Positions 1 through 9,991 of a DNA stretch of 64,000 nt are shown piece after piece (the first letter of the stretch is position 1; each line of letters starts with the position of its first letter). The notes beneath the pieces are model-generated. The model had not been told where the DNA came from and searched no databases. It saw nothing but the letters and a program-made list of their open reading frames with translations. Origin of the DNA: Anthoceros angustus (lineage: Eukaryota; Plantae; Anthocerotophyta). A program made the translations under genes and the position numbers. Where the stretch lies: positions 62,001 through 126,000 of the forward strand of contig MU008168.1 of NCBI GenBank assembly GCA_010909165.1, written 5' to 3'.

Positions 1-1422
1 GCCTTGCTGTTGCATAATCCTGTAGAAATGAATTGCTTGCTGTCCCATGCCCTGCTGAGAATACCCTGCAATCAAAGCAGTCCATGTTACCACATCTTTT
101 TGATAGAGTCCATCGAACACTATCTGAGCATCTTCCAAGCTGCCACACTTCACATACATGTTCACCAAACTGTTGGCTACGAACACATCATTGTGATGCC
201 CATGCTTCCTTATCTGTGCATGAAGCTGCTTCCCCTTGTTCAACGCCGTGGTACCCACAGTAGCACATGCGTGCAGGAGGCACACAAATGTCACGGAATT
301 GGGTGCAACTGTACTTTCATGTTGCATAATCCTGTAGAGACGAAGGGCTTCCTGTCCCATGCCCTGCTGAGAATATCCTGCTATCAAGGCATTCCACGTG
401 ACAACATCCTTTCCAACCAGCCCATTGAACACACCCTGCGCTTTCTCCAAGCTGCCACACTTTGCATACATGTCCACCAAGCCACTGCAAACGAACAAAT
501 CAGGATTAACGCCACTGGCCAACACATCAGCGTGTACCTGCAGGCCAGCTTCCAAATCTGATCCCCGAGCACACGCCTGCAGGGCCGCCACAAATACATG
601 GCCATCTGGCTTCACAGTTGACCTGCGCATCCGGTGATACAGTTGCATGGCTTGCTTATCACTTCCGTGCTTAACATGCGCAGAGATTATGGAAGACCAC
701 ATAAAGACATCCGGTTGGTCAACCATGGTGAAAACATCCATCGCCTCTTGCAGGCTGCCGTGAGAGGCATACGTTCGCAGAATGTGGTTGCAAAGGAACG
801 TGTCCGACAGGTACCCCATTTTCACCGTAATTGCGTGGATTCGGCGACCCAGTACAAGATCTTTCGTGACAGCACACTTCCTGAGCACATTAAACACGAG
901 AGATTTGGGAATACAACTCTCTGTCCGCACCAGAACTCCCAAAGCTTCAACAGCCTCAGTGACAGAGCCCTCATCGCACAGCTTGCTCACGGTTTCAGTC
1001 GTTACGCAGCTTTGGTATCCTGCAGGCCTGCACGAGTCAGGATCACTCTGCAAGCTCCAGTAGGATTTCCGGGTACGACGCCCCATCTCCTCCGTCTGCG
1101 GCTCAGCAAGCTGCGCATTCACCCAAGCTGGCATCTTGTTCAGTAGGATGCCGTCGCAGGACTTCCGCAAACGGTCGTGCTTCGTGTCTAGCAAGTTATC
1201 CCACCCAAGTGGGCGGTGCCGAGAGCATTGTCGCCACAAGAGCGCTAGCCGCCGACTCTCGCTGGGAGACCTGGCTCCAGCCAGACATCCAATTGTATCC
1301 CCTGTCTTTCTTGCAGAAGTCCTGCACCTCGCGGCTTGGTTGTTGGCCAGCAGTTGGTTCCTCGCGGTCAGGTGGGCGGGAACTCTTCCCAAAATACCAG
1401 TTGACACGCTCCAGACCGACAT
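1..1422 (-). CDS. PLS-class PPR protein (organellar RNA-binding/editing factor), 5' part; runs off the window's left edge
   Basis: Manual minus-strand translation is open from ATG 1422: MSVWSVSTGILGRVPAHLTARN..., an R/S/A/L-rich transit-like leader. It continues ...SYWSLQSDPDSCRPAGY...DTFLCNHILRTYASHG...DMYAKCGSLEKA...KDVVTWNALIAGYSQQG. Missing from the ORF track because there is no stop in the window. Collinear paralog of 9992-13780. Confidence 0.92.
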   Translation of the reverse strand, partial: MSVWSVSTGILGRVPAHLTARNQLLANNQAARCRTSARKTGDTIGCLAGARSPSESRRLALLWRQCSRHRPLGWDNLLDTKHDRLRKSCDGILLNKMPAWVNAQLAEPQTEEMGRRTRKSYWSLQSDPDSCRPAGYQSCVTTETVSKLCDEGSVTEAVEALGVLVRTESCIPKSLVFNVLRKCAVTKDLVLGRRIHAITVKMGYLSDTFLCNHILRTYASHGSLQEAMDVFTMVDQPDVFMWSSIISAHVKHGSDKQAMQLYHRMRRSTVKPDGHVFVAALQACARGSDLEAGLQVHADVLASGVNPDLFVCSGLVDMYAKCGSLEKAQGVFNGLVGKDVVTWNALIAGYSQQGMGQEALRLYRIMQHESTVAPNSVTFVCLLHACATVGTTALNKGKQLHAQIRKHGHHNDVFVANSLVNMYVKCGSLEDAQIVFDGLYQKDVVTWTALIAGYSQQGMGQQAIHFYRIMQQQG

Positions 1423-1619
1423 GACCTTGTGCCCCTTGCATGATTCAACACAGCCTACCGAACATCACAGCTGCTCAGGATTGCTGTCGAATGGGCCTGA
1501 GCTCAGGAGCCAAAGATAAAAGTGGGCAGCAGCTCGCGGGCTGAAAAACTTTAATGCCACTATACTACATGGTCGTTATACACCAACATATCCCACGCAG
1601 TGCCAGCGTCACAGCATGG

Positions 1620-2345
1620 CGCTTCCTGGCCCATGCCCTGCTGGGAATACCCTGCTATCATGGCATTCCATGTTACCACATCTTTATGTGCAAGCCCGTC
1701 CACTACTCTCCGGGCATCCAACATGGTGCCACACCTTGCGTGCATGTTTACCAAACTGCTGGCTACAAAGATGTCAGCTAGATGTTCTCCTTCCCTAACT
1801 TAAGCGTGGAGCCCATCCCCATATCCAAAGCTGGGGCGCCCAGACCTGCACACACCTGCATGAGGCATACGATTGTCGCAGAATTGAAGTACAGCAATGC
1901 CTTCTCCCTGCATGTCACTATAAAGTTGAAGGCTTTCTGGCACTTGCCGTGCTGACCGTAGACAGCTATCATAATATGGCAGGTCACCACATCTTGTAGC
2001 CCAAGTCCTTAGAACTCTCTGAGAGTATCCTCTAAGCTGCCACAGTTTCCATACATGTCTACCACACTGGTTGTTACAAATACATGGGCTTGATGTCCTC
2101 CGTATCTGATATGCGCAGGAAGCCCTTCACTGGGGTTCCCACAGTAGAACATGCCTGCAGGGGACACATAACTGCCACCGAATCAGGTTCCGTTCGTCTT
2201 GCGTAGCACGGTAAACACAGAATATCTCCAATAGGCATTCCACGTCACCATATCTTTACACCAAATCTCTCCTAGTGTCCTCTAGGCTGCCACATTTTAC
2301 ATACAGATTCACCAGACTGCTGCAAAATTTGAGAGTTTCCCATGG
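1620..2345 (-). pseudogene. Degenerate PLS-PPR fragment
   Basis: Fragments VNMHARCGTMLDARRVVDGLAHKDVVTWNAMIAGYSQQGMGQEA and IVCLMQVCAGLGAPALD lie in different frames with stops and deletions. Same repeat family as the flanking PPR genes. Confidence 0.85.
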
Positions 2346-2894
2346 CGAGTCCGCACTGTGGGTTCGGAATCCGCACTGCGAAGGAGAGAGGGGAGGAGGG
2401 GAGAGAGCACGCCACGGCAATGGCAAGGGGTTCGCCAGTATTCAGGCCTACCCGAGTCACAAGGCACATTCCGATGGTCTTGGAGAGAACTGAATGCACC
2501 CCTACACATATTTGACATAGTACCGTACCCCGAGGGGGTGGTTCAACAGGTAACGCCGAAATAATTATTTTTTGAAAAATATAAAGTTCAACATAAATAT
2601 TTATATTTTCAAAATTTTAACATTTATAAAAATAATTTTATTATATTTTAATATTTATTAAAATACATAGGTATCTATATACAACTAATAAATATGTGTA
2701 GACCTCCCCTAAATAGGCCCTAATTTTCCACACATAGGTACCCTAGTTTCCCAAACAACCTCTACCTTTTCAGACAGGCCTTAGTTTCAAACAAGCCTTA
2801 GTTTCTAAACAGCCCTAGCTTTTCAAACCAAGGTCAACCTAATTTCATTGTGTCTTTCTTGTTTGGGAAAGTGGCTACTTGCAAGCACCCAAAC

Positions 2895-4680
2895 ATGGCA
2901 ACAACTAAACAATCTTTTCTAACAACCATGTTTTGTAAGATTGAGAGAGAGGAGAGGGATGCTGAAATTGCGCGAGATGTGCACTTGCTTTCTACAAGTA
3001 TAGCTGGGACTTCACATGAAAAAGTTTTAGAGCCCGACACCTATGAAACGACCAATTGGAAGACCTCGCAAGACAACATGTGAAGCCGTTCTTCTACCAA
3101 TGAAGAGGATCAAGCAAGAGGATGAAGATGTCAGGAGCGATACGCACAAGAAACGAAGAGGTCCTTATACTAACTGGTTTCAAGACCATTTATGGCCTCC
3201 TATAGAAGCAAGTATTAGGAAGCATAGGAATTTTGCTAATGCATTGCATTACCTTAAGACTGCCCACGGAAAGCCAGGGATGGACAATCCATATACCAAG
3301 TTGACGCGTGGATCCTTATACACTTGGTTTGACTCGAAGACATGGGAGTTGAAGCCTACGTACAAGTTTGTAGTTAGTAAAAAGTCTGCAGCATTCGGGC
3401 CAACTATCAACATTGGACCTTTGGAAGATAGACCTGATCTAAGAAAGGAGCTTGGTGATTTCTTGAGAACCTTGAGGGATGAGGGGGAACCAATCAATGC
3501 CTCTCTTGTCCAACCCATGCTAAGGCACTTTTCATCCAGTCTAGGAATTCCTTGCTTTTGTGAACTCCAGCAATCTATAATCCATATCATCTTCTGCCTT
3601 GTGGCTAGCCTCAAGACATCCAGTTGCCTTTCATAGTAAGGGATCAAGATTTCCTTCACAAATGCCTTCGATGATTTTAGTGTAGACCAATGAGTGCTAG
3701 TATATGTTAAATGAAATCCTGCTTCCACACATAGTTTGGCACCACCATAACCTTTGGGTATCGACCTACTTGTTGTTCTTATGAAGATGATTTGGAGCGG
3801 TAGTAAGTGACTTGTTGCGGATGAAGATACCACTGTGGTAATTTGCCTCTTGTCCTCTACCCCAAGTACCTTGATGTCTTTTGTCCCTTTAACCTCCCAT
3901 GTGAGTTCTCCCTTTGTAGGAACCAAGTGGATTCCTGTTTAATCACTATTGACAACTAGTTCAGGTGGAATATCATAAGTTTTGGAGAGGTAAGCTACTC
4001 TATATGCCATCATCCTTCCTTCATCTTCCCAAGTCTCCGGGAGCTTAGAAGCTGTAGTAGTAGATGCTCGATAGAACCATGAGAGCTCCTTTTTCATGAA
4101 CTTTCTTGTCCAATCAATGCTAACCTCGAAATTTCCGTTTCCAATGAGTTCAGGTGCTCTAGCTTGAATTATCCCTTTGATATGTGTGATCTTCATTCAC
4201 GCTAGATGCACCAGCAAGTTACAACCTGCTGATGTAGTCCTTCAACGACCCTTGAAGCATACTTTCAAGTGAGAATTCTGTAAGTAGACAGCCGCTACTA
4301 TTGAAGAGCAACTCAGCGGAGGAGGAAAAATAGCTGTTAATCTCAAACTGAAAAACTTGAAGCCCAAGGTGTGTGAATGGTTATTCAATGCATGGACACA
4401 TGTTTCAAATATGCAAAATATGATCAAACATGGATGGAAAAAGATAGGTATTTTAAGAGCATTCAACTCAGATTTTCAGATAGAGGCAATGGAAGCAAAC
4501 ACGACAACATCCTTATTTTCTAGAACAACTGAAGACATAAAAGAAGGGCATGAATTTGAAAGAGAAGGAGATGATGAGGATTACTTATCTGAAAATAGTG
4601 GATGTGATGAAGAAATGTTTGGCTGCAGCATAAGCTTCAACAAGTGGACAAGCACCAACCTGCAGCAAAAACAAAGTTAG
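2895..4680 (+). mobile_element. Disrupted pogo/Tc5-like DDE_1 transposase with an internal inversion at ~3517-4183
   Basis: + strand N-terminus KRPIGRPRK...YTNWFQDHLWPPI...PINASLVQPM. - strand middle VVNSD*TGIHLVP...TWEVKG...GVEDKRQIT...LPLQIIF...HWST...WIIDCWS. + strand tail CTSKLQPADVVLQRPLKH. These carry the three catalytic-Asp motifs of DDE_1 transposases; stops and frameshifts are present. Confidence 0.85.
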
Positions 4681-4761
4681 AATGAAACAGTTAGCCATGA
4701 AGAATAATGAAAACCTGATAGATAGTCATAACAATGAGACTAACTAGAGTTCCTAGGGACT

Positions 4762-4945
4762 TGACCCTAACTTTTAGTTAAGGAGCTGACCCTAACTTTT
4801 AGTTAAGGGGCTGACCCTAACTAGGGAAACCTTACCAACCTAGGTAGGGAACTGACCTTAGCAACCTAGATAGGGAACTGACCTTAGCAACCTAGGCAGG
4901 GAACTGACCTTAGCAACCTAGGTAGGGAACTGACCCTAGCTACCT
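4762..4945 (+). repeat. Two adjacent tandem arrays: ~25 bp TGACCCTAACTTTTAGTTAAGGRGC (~2.5x) and 26 bp GGGAACTGACCTTAGCAACCTAGGTA (~4x)
   Basis: Read directly from the sequence, just downstream of the transposase. Confidence 0.9.
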
Positions 4946-5962
4946 AAGAAGAGGAATAACTCTTACTAGGGACCTGAAAGAAAAATTGCCTAGTGAAACA
5001 AGATGAGTACCTACCTCATCAGGTGCAACCTCCAGATAGTTAGGGGACAATTCTGCATCCCGCTCACGGTGAATGGGATTGTATTTGCTCTTCACCTTAT
5101 CTTGCTTTCTCTGGAGATCGTCCTCACTTCGTATGCATTGCTCTGCAGCCTGCGTGACAGAATGAGGAGTTGAGGTCCTGCTACTTCGAGGGAGAAAAAG
5201 CCACTGCATTTTAAATCACAAGCATGCATCCATACCCTCTCTTTCTCCACTTTCTCTTTCTCTGGATCCTTTGTAGTGTATCTTCCGATGTGCAGCGACA
5301 GCCACAACACTAGCATCTGAGTGACCATCGTGGTCATTTCACCAGGCAAGCAGTGTCCCGGGCTAGGACAACTGCCTTACAGCTAGAGAGGGTTACTAGC
5401 CCAGCAGCACCTACGACTGGAGGTTCGGGCCAAAGGAGACGCGGGTGCCCCAGGGGAACAACCAACGCAGTCCTTAGGGTGAGGAGGGAAGCAGAAGCCA
5501 ACATGGGTGCTCCCGCTAGACCTGTGCCAGCCCCACAGCCAGCCCCCAATACAATCAGAGCAATGGCTAGAAGAAGGTTTGTTACCCACGACTTTGCTTA
5601 CTCTAATGATGAGTTCTCACCACTTGTGCCCCTCGAGTTTCCAGAGCCATCAGTCCCATATAAGGAGACAGATTGTGAGTTACGGGACTATGAAGCATCC
5701 GAGCACTCCAATTTGGTACATGTGTCCTTATCCTATAGGTTTATTGATGAAACGTAATAGAGTCCACATCTGCAGAGCCTTCCCTAATCACGTCATCAGC
5801 GTATACCATAAGTGTCAAAGCTTTCTGTGTGCATGTCATATCTCCTTGGCTTATTATAGCTACCTCGATCTACTAGGGTTGCCAGACCGCCCTACGGAGC
5901 TGGTCCTACGTGGTTACTCCAGCCTCTAGCAGGGGGCCCAGAGCCATGTCCTAGGCCAGGTC

Positions 5963-6481
5963 CTAGCTATCCGGCGGCGTCCCTTCTACTTTTTTGGCCC
6001 TCTTGGCGGCCAATTGCAACTCCTTCTCTGCCCTCCGTCGTTTGGGGTTCGACGGGGGTGAAGGGGTCTGAGAGCTAGCTCGCTTCCCCCTCCTAGTGGG
6101 GGAAAGAACCAGCTCGGGGTGAGGTTGCTGCCAATGTCCCCCGGCTCCCTGGGCGGCATCCCACTCCGCCAAACGGATAGCCAACTTCGTTGCTGCCCAC
6201 TCTTTATCCACCGACAGTGGTACCGGTACTACGGGTCTGGTGGCTACAACCACCGTTTTCTTCTTTTGGCCCTCTGCCCTTGTCCGGTGTGGCTCTATTG
6301 GGGCAACCGGGGTTGGTTCTGTCGCCTCCTGAGCTGCTCTTCTTGCCGCGACTTCTGGCTCCACCGGCGTGTTCGCGGTTGGGGCCGCCTTCTCTGGTGC
6401 CCCGGTCAGCAGCAAGGTAGAGGGAATCTCTTCCCAAATCTCCCTCGGTGGTGAGGGGTTCCACTCCAGCCGGATGCCCAT
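5963..6481 (-). CDS. Hypothetical 172-aa Pro/Ala/Glu-rich protein with basic NLS-like tail, inside the TE island
   Basis: ATG-started open frame, GC-rich against an AT-rich upstream flank; PKRRR and KRAKK motifs; no recognised domain. Confidence 0.4.
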   Translation of the reverse strand: MGIRLEWNPSPPREIWEEIPSTLLLTGAPEKAAPTANTPVEPEVAARRAAQEATEPTPVAPIEPHRTRAEGQKKKTVVVATRPVVPVPLSVDKEWAATKLAIRLAEWDAAQGAGGHWQQPHPELVLSPTRRGKRASSQTPSPPSNPKRRRAEKELQLAAKRAKKVEGTPPDS

Positions 6482-6582
6482 ATTTTCAAACCTAAAAATA
6501 TAATTAGGTTTTAGAATGAATTAAGAAACACATGTTTGAAACTAAGCTGAAAATTAGTGTTTAGGATGTGCAACGGTGGAGG

Positions 6583-7195
6583 CTGCCAATTATTAGTGTC
6601 CTACGGGGGGTTACACAGTTAAGCGTCCTTTGGACGAAACAATACATGGATGGGGTGTCATCCATCCCCACCCCTAGTGTGCGATGCCGCCAATTGTTAG
6701 TGTCCTACGGGGTTACACTGTTCAGCATCCTTCGGAAGGAACAGTACTTGGATGGGGTGTCATCCATCTCTACCCCTAGTCTCTTAAGTGCCCTTTGGAC
6801 GGATCACTGCCTTGGATGGGATGCCACCCATCCCCAGCTTCCATTCTTACAAGGCCACTTGTTTTAACTATTATGCCCTAATCTCCGGATCAGTGCTTGG
6901 ATGGGGTGCCACTCATTCCCAACTTCCATCCCAACTTCATGGTCCTATGGGTCACCTATTATAAATATCATGCCATAGTCGTCTTAGTCTGTCGAACGGA
7001 TTAGTGCTTGTATGGGGTGCCACTCATCCCCAGCCCTAGTCTCTGCAGTGTGCCAGGCTGCCAATTTTTAGTGACCTATAGGGTTACACAATCAAGCGTC
7101 CTTGGGACAAATAAATGCTTGGACGAGGTGCCACCCATCACCAACTTCCTTCTCCCAGCCTTGGGGGGCTACTTGTTATAAATATCATGCCCCAA
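6583..7195 (+). repeat. Imperfect ~100 bp tandem units with a GGATGG...CATCC hairpin, three followed by CTAG|T (Helitron-3'-end-like)
   Basis: Unit head GCCAATT.TTAGTG.CCTA.GGGTTACAC at ~6586, ~6688 and ~7060. Hairpins at ~6648, 6750, 6814, 6899, 7011 and 7120. CCCTAGT follows the hairpin at ~6673, ~6774 and ~7034. Confidence 0.75.
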
Positions 7196-7628
7196 TCTCT
7201 TTGTGTGCAAGCGCCAATTGTTATTCCAAATCAAAATCCCAGAATGGGGCTTTGATGCATACGTTGAAATATCTAAAACGTCTCAAAATTCTTTAAAACT
7301 TAAGAAACGCATTTTCAAAACTAAAATGACAAAGAATATTTAGGATGAATTTAAAAATGTTCTCTACAATAAGAAAAAGTTTCACGAATTAAAAGATAAT
7401 TTATTAAAACTAAATAATAGATTACAACCCATGATCCCTAACCTAAACCTTACTAAACCTTGATCTCAATTATGAGAGCACTTGTAAAAGGTGCACCTCG
7501 CTCACCCCTATGCATTCCATCTGGTTCTCCTCCTCGCTCCCTCTAACCCCGGTGAGGCTCGTTGGTCAATCATCATCATCTCTCCTCTCTCCTCTCTCAT
7601 CTTCATCTTCATCTTTATTTCCTCCATC

Positions 7629-9330
7629 TCATTCATTATCTCCTTCTTCATCTTCACTTAGACCATTTTCTTTACGCATGATTCTCAATATATATGATAT
7701 TACCTCAGCTTCTTTATTTCTATTTGGATCTTCTATTACACCTCCTTCGTCATTTTCATTATGATGTAGATCTACATTAATGTTTGCCGATACAACATTC
7801 ATATCCTCCTTAGTAGTTGTGACTTCTTCAAGTTGGATAGTTTTGTGTTGGTTTGAAAACCCATGCATTTGCTTCAGAATGTAGTTATTTGAATTTCCAT
7901 TAGACATAAAGTCTTCATTCTGGTTTTTCTTATATCGAAACTCCTTGTTCAGAACTCCATTTGATATAAGATCATTTTCAACAGCCTTCAGTTGGTCAGG
8001 ATTCTCATACTTGTACATTGTGTTGAATTCTAGACCTGGAGCCATAGTACCATTTTGAATATAGTTACGCTCACATTGACTCGTGGTCTCGTAGTTGGTG
8101 TGATCATGTGCTATAAAAGTATTGTGAATTGGGACACTATGTCGATTAGAATGCATCTCTCGCCAACTTCTCTTGTACTTAGTGTAATCAATGTTTGGAG
8201 CGTAGCCGTTCAAAGAACCTTCGCCAAGATAACTGTTGTGTACTGCCAACATTGCATATTTATCCTGCGTTTCTTTACCTGCTTCATTTTCATCTATGTT
8301 CTTTTCAAAACCTAGAGGTTCATATGTGGCGGCCGGTTCCTTTTCTATGATATCATTATTAAATGTTATAGCTTCTTCAAGTGGGAAAACATATTGTTGG
8401 TATGGATGTTGGTACTGGTTCATGACGTGCAACTCTAGATCTTGAGTCATAACATTATTTTCAAAACATTTATCTTGACGTTGATTCGTAAAGTAGCAAT
8501 TGGTGGGATCATGTACTATCAAATTTGAAGTATTGCCAATTGGAACACTTTGTCCATTTGATTGTATCCCTCCCCATCTTGTGTTGTTCTCCAATGTGCA
8601 ATCATTATTTGAAGTACTTCCTATGGAATATTGATTATGTATTGGAAAAATATTATCAAATCTCATTCCATTGTATTGGCCGCTCTCCAATATTTCCAAG
8701 TTGTATTGGCAGTGCAATAGTTGGTCTTCCAACTCCTTGCAGCGACTTTTGATTTCATCCGTCATACCTTTCTTGAATCTCTTATTATTATCCCTGAAGA
8801 TATTTATATTGTTTTAGAAGAATTGTTAAAATTACTCATAGAGACTTTCCAAAAAATCATACATAAGAACATCATCTTGCACATAAAAACAATAAGAGTA
8901 CATACCTTGCATTGTCTAATTCTCTGGTCTCTTTTAGTAAAAGTTTCTGAGTGAGCGAAATAGCATCCAATTTTTGTTTGTCGCTCAAGTTAGTCTCTTG
9001 AGACATAGCTGCATATTTGTCGATTATGTCGGAAAGTCCTAATTCACTAGAACTCCAGGCAAACTTCACATCAAATGTATCTTGGAACGCTGTATTGGCA
9101 TTACCCGTACTCCATACACAAAGTTGGGCACCACACATTTGGGAAAGCTCTTTCGCTTTTTTTAGAAGACCATGTTGTCGTTTCAAGAATGTAGTCCTGC
9201 GTTTCTTTGGATCCTCAACACGCCCCATCGTACTCTTCCTCCTTGTTGTTTTAGCGAGAAAATGTTCATCTCGCTGCTCTTTTGATGTCATATTCCCCAC
9301 CTTTCTTTCATGCTGCTCTTTTGACGTCAT
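7629..9330 (-). CDS. Type I MADS-box transcription factor, 2 exons (9330-8906, 8793-7629), ~529 aa
   Basis: MADS domain RRKSTMGRVEDPKKRRTTFLKRQHGLLKKAKELSQMCGAQLCVW. A 112-nt GT...AG intron (8905-8794) joins the two track ORFs in frame (..LDNAR/DNNKRFKKGMTDEIK..). No MIKC-type multi-exon K-domain structure; long Asn/Gln/Glu-rich tail. Confidence 0.88.
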
Positions 9331-9991
9331 ATTCGTCCTCTTTGTGGACCAGCAAAAGATGTTGTAATTCCTCTATTATAATTTATAGAATGAACGTAAA
9401 GAACCTAAAACTTTATAGAGTGAAGCCTTGGTCCTTTATAGAATATGTGTCCTTCATAAAATCTTTGTCTTCCTAAGAAGCTTATATAGAAGCCAAAATT
9501 TCACGTAATCTAGTTTAGATCTTACTAAAATTGTTTTAGCCTTGCTTCAACCCGGTCCATAAAAATTGTCATAATGCGAGCGAGTGCAGGAGTGGGGCCC
9601 ACCACGGTCCACACACTGCCGGGCAACCCTTTGGCGCTGTGCATGCCGCTGGTTCCTCACATCCATCCAGCCATGGCATGCCGAAGTCCGGGGTCCATCC
9701 GCATGCCTCCCCAGTCACATAGTTTGGCCCTGCCCGATTCCACAATCGTGCCGCTAGGTCTTACAGGCTTCCTTAATCCATCAAATATTTTAACTACCGT
9801 TCTTCAAATGGTGAAGTACAAGTTCTGGCCGCTCTGGCCAAGTTCAAACGATGTTGGGTACGGGTCACATGTACATGAATCATCTGAAACACATGCTGTG
9901 TTGCTGATGTCGTGGAGGGCATTGGAACGAGTGAAGAATCTCTACCAAAGAGCTTGGGTGGATACACACGTTGGTGGTGTTGGAGACGGAG

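Noticed and set aside
4-1146. + strand ORFs 4-561 and 634-1146, and similar - strand ORFs within 10181-13181
   Set aside because: Antisense shadows of PPR coding sequence.
9370-9495. CArG boxes upstream of the MADS gene
   Set aside because: Only imperfect matches such as CCTTTATAGA, expected by chance in AT-rich DNA.
2521-9865. Terminal inverted repeat TA-CCGTACCC (2521) paired with GGGTACGG (~9856)
   Set aside because: Only an 8-bp match, no TA duplication on the right, and the right site lies in the PPR leader.
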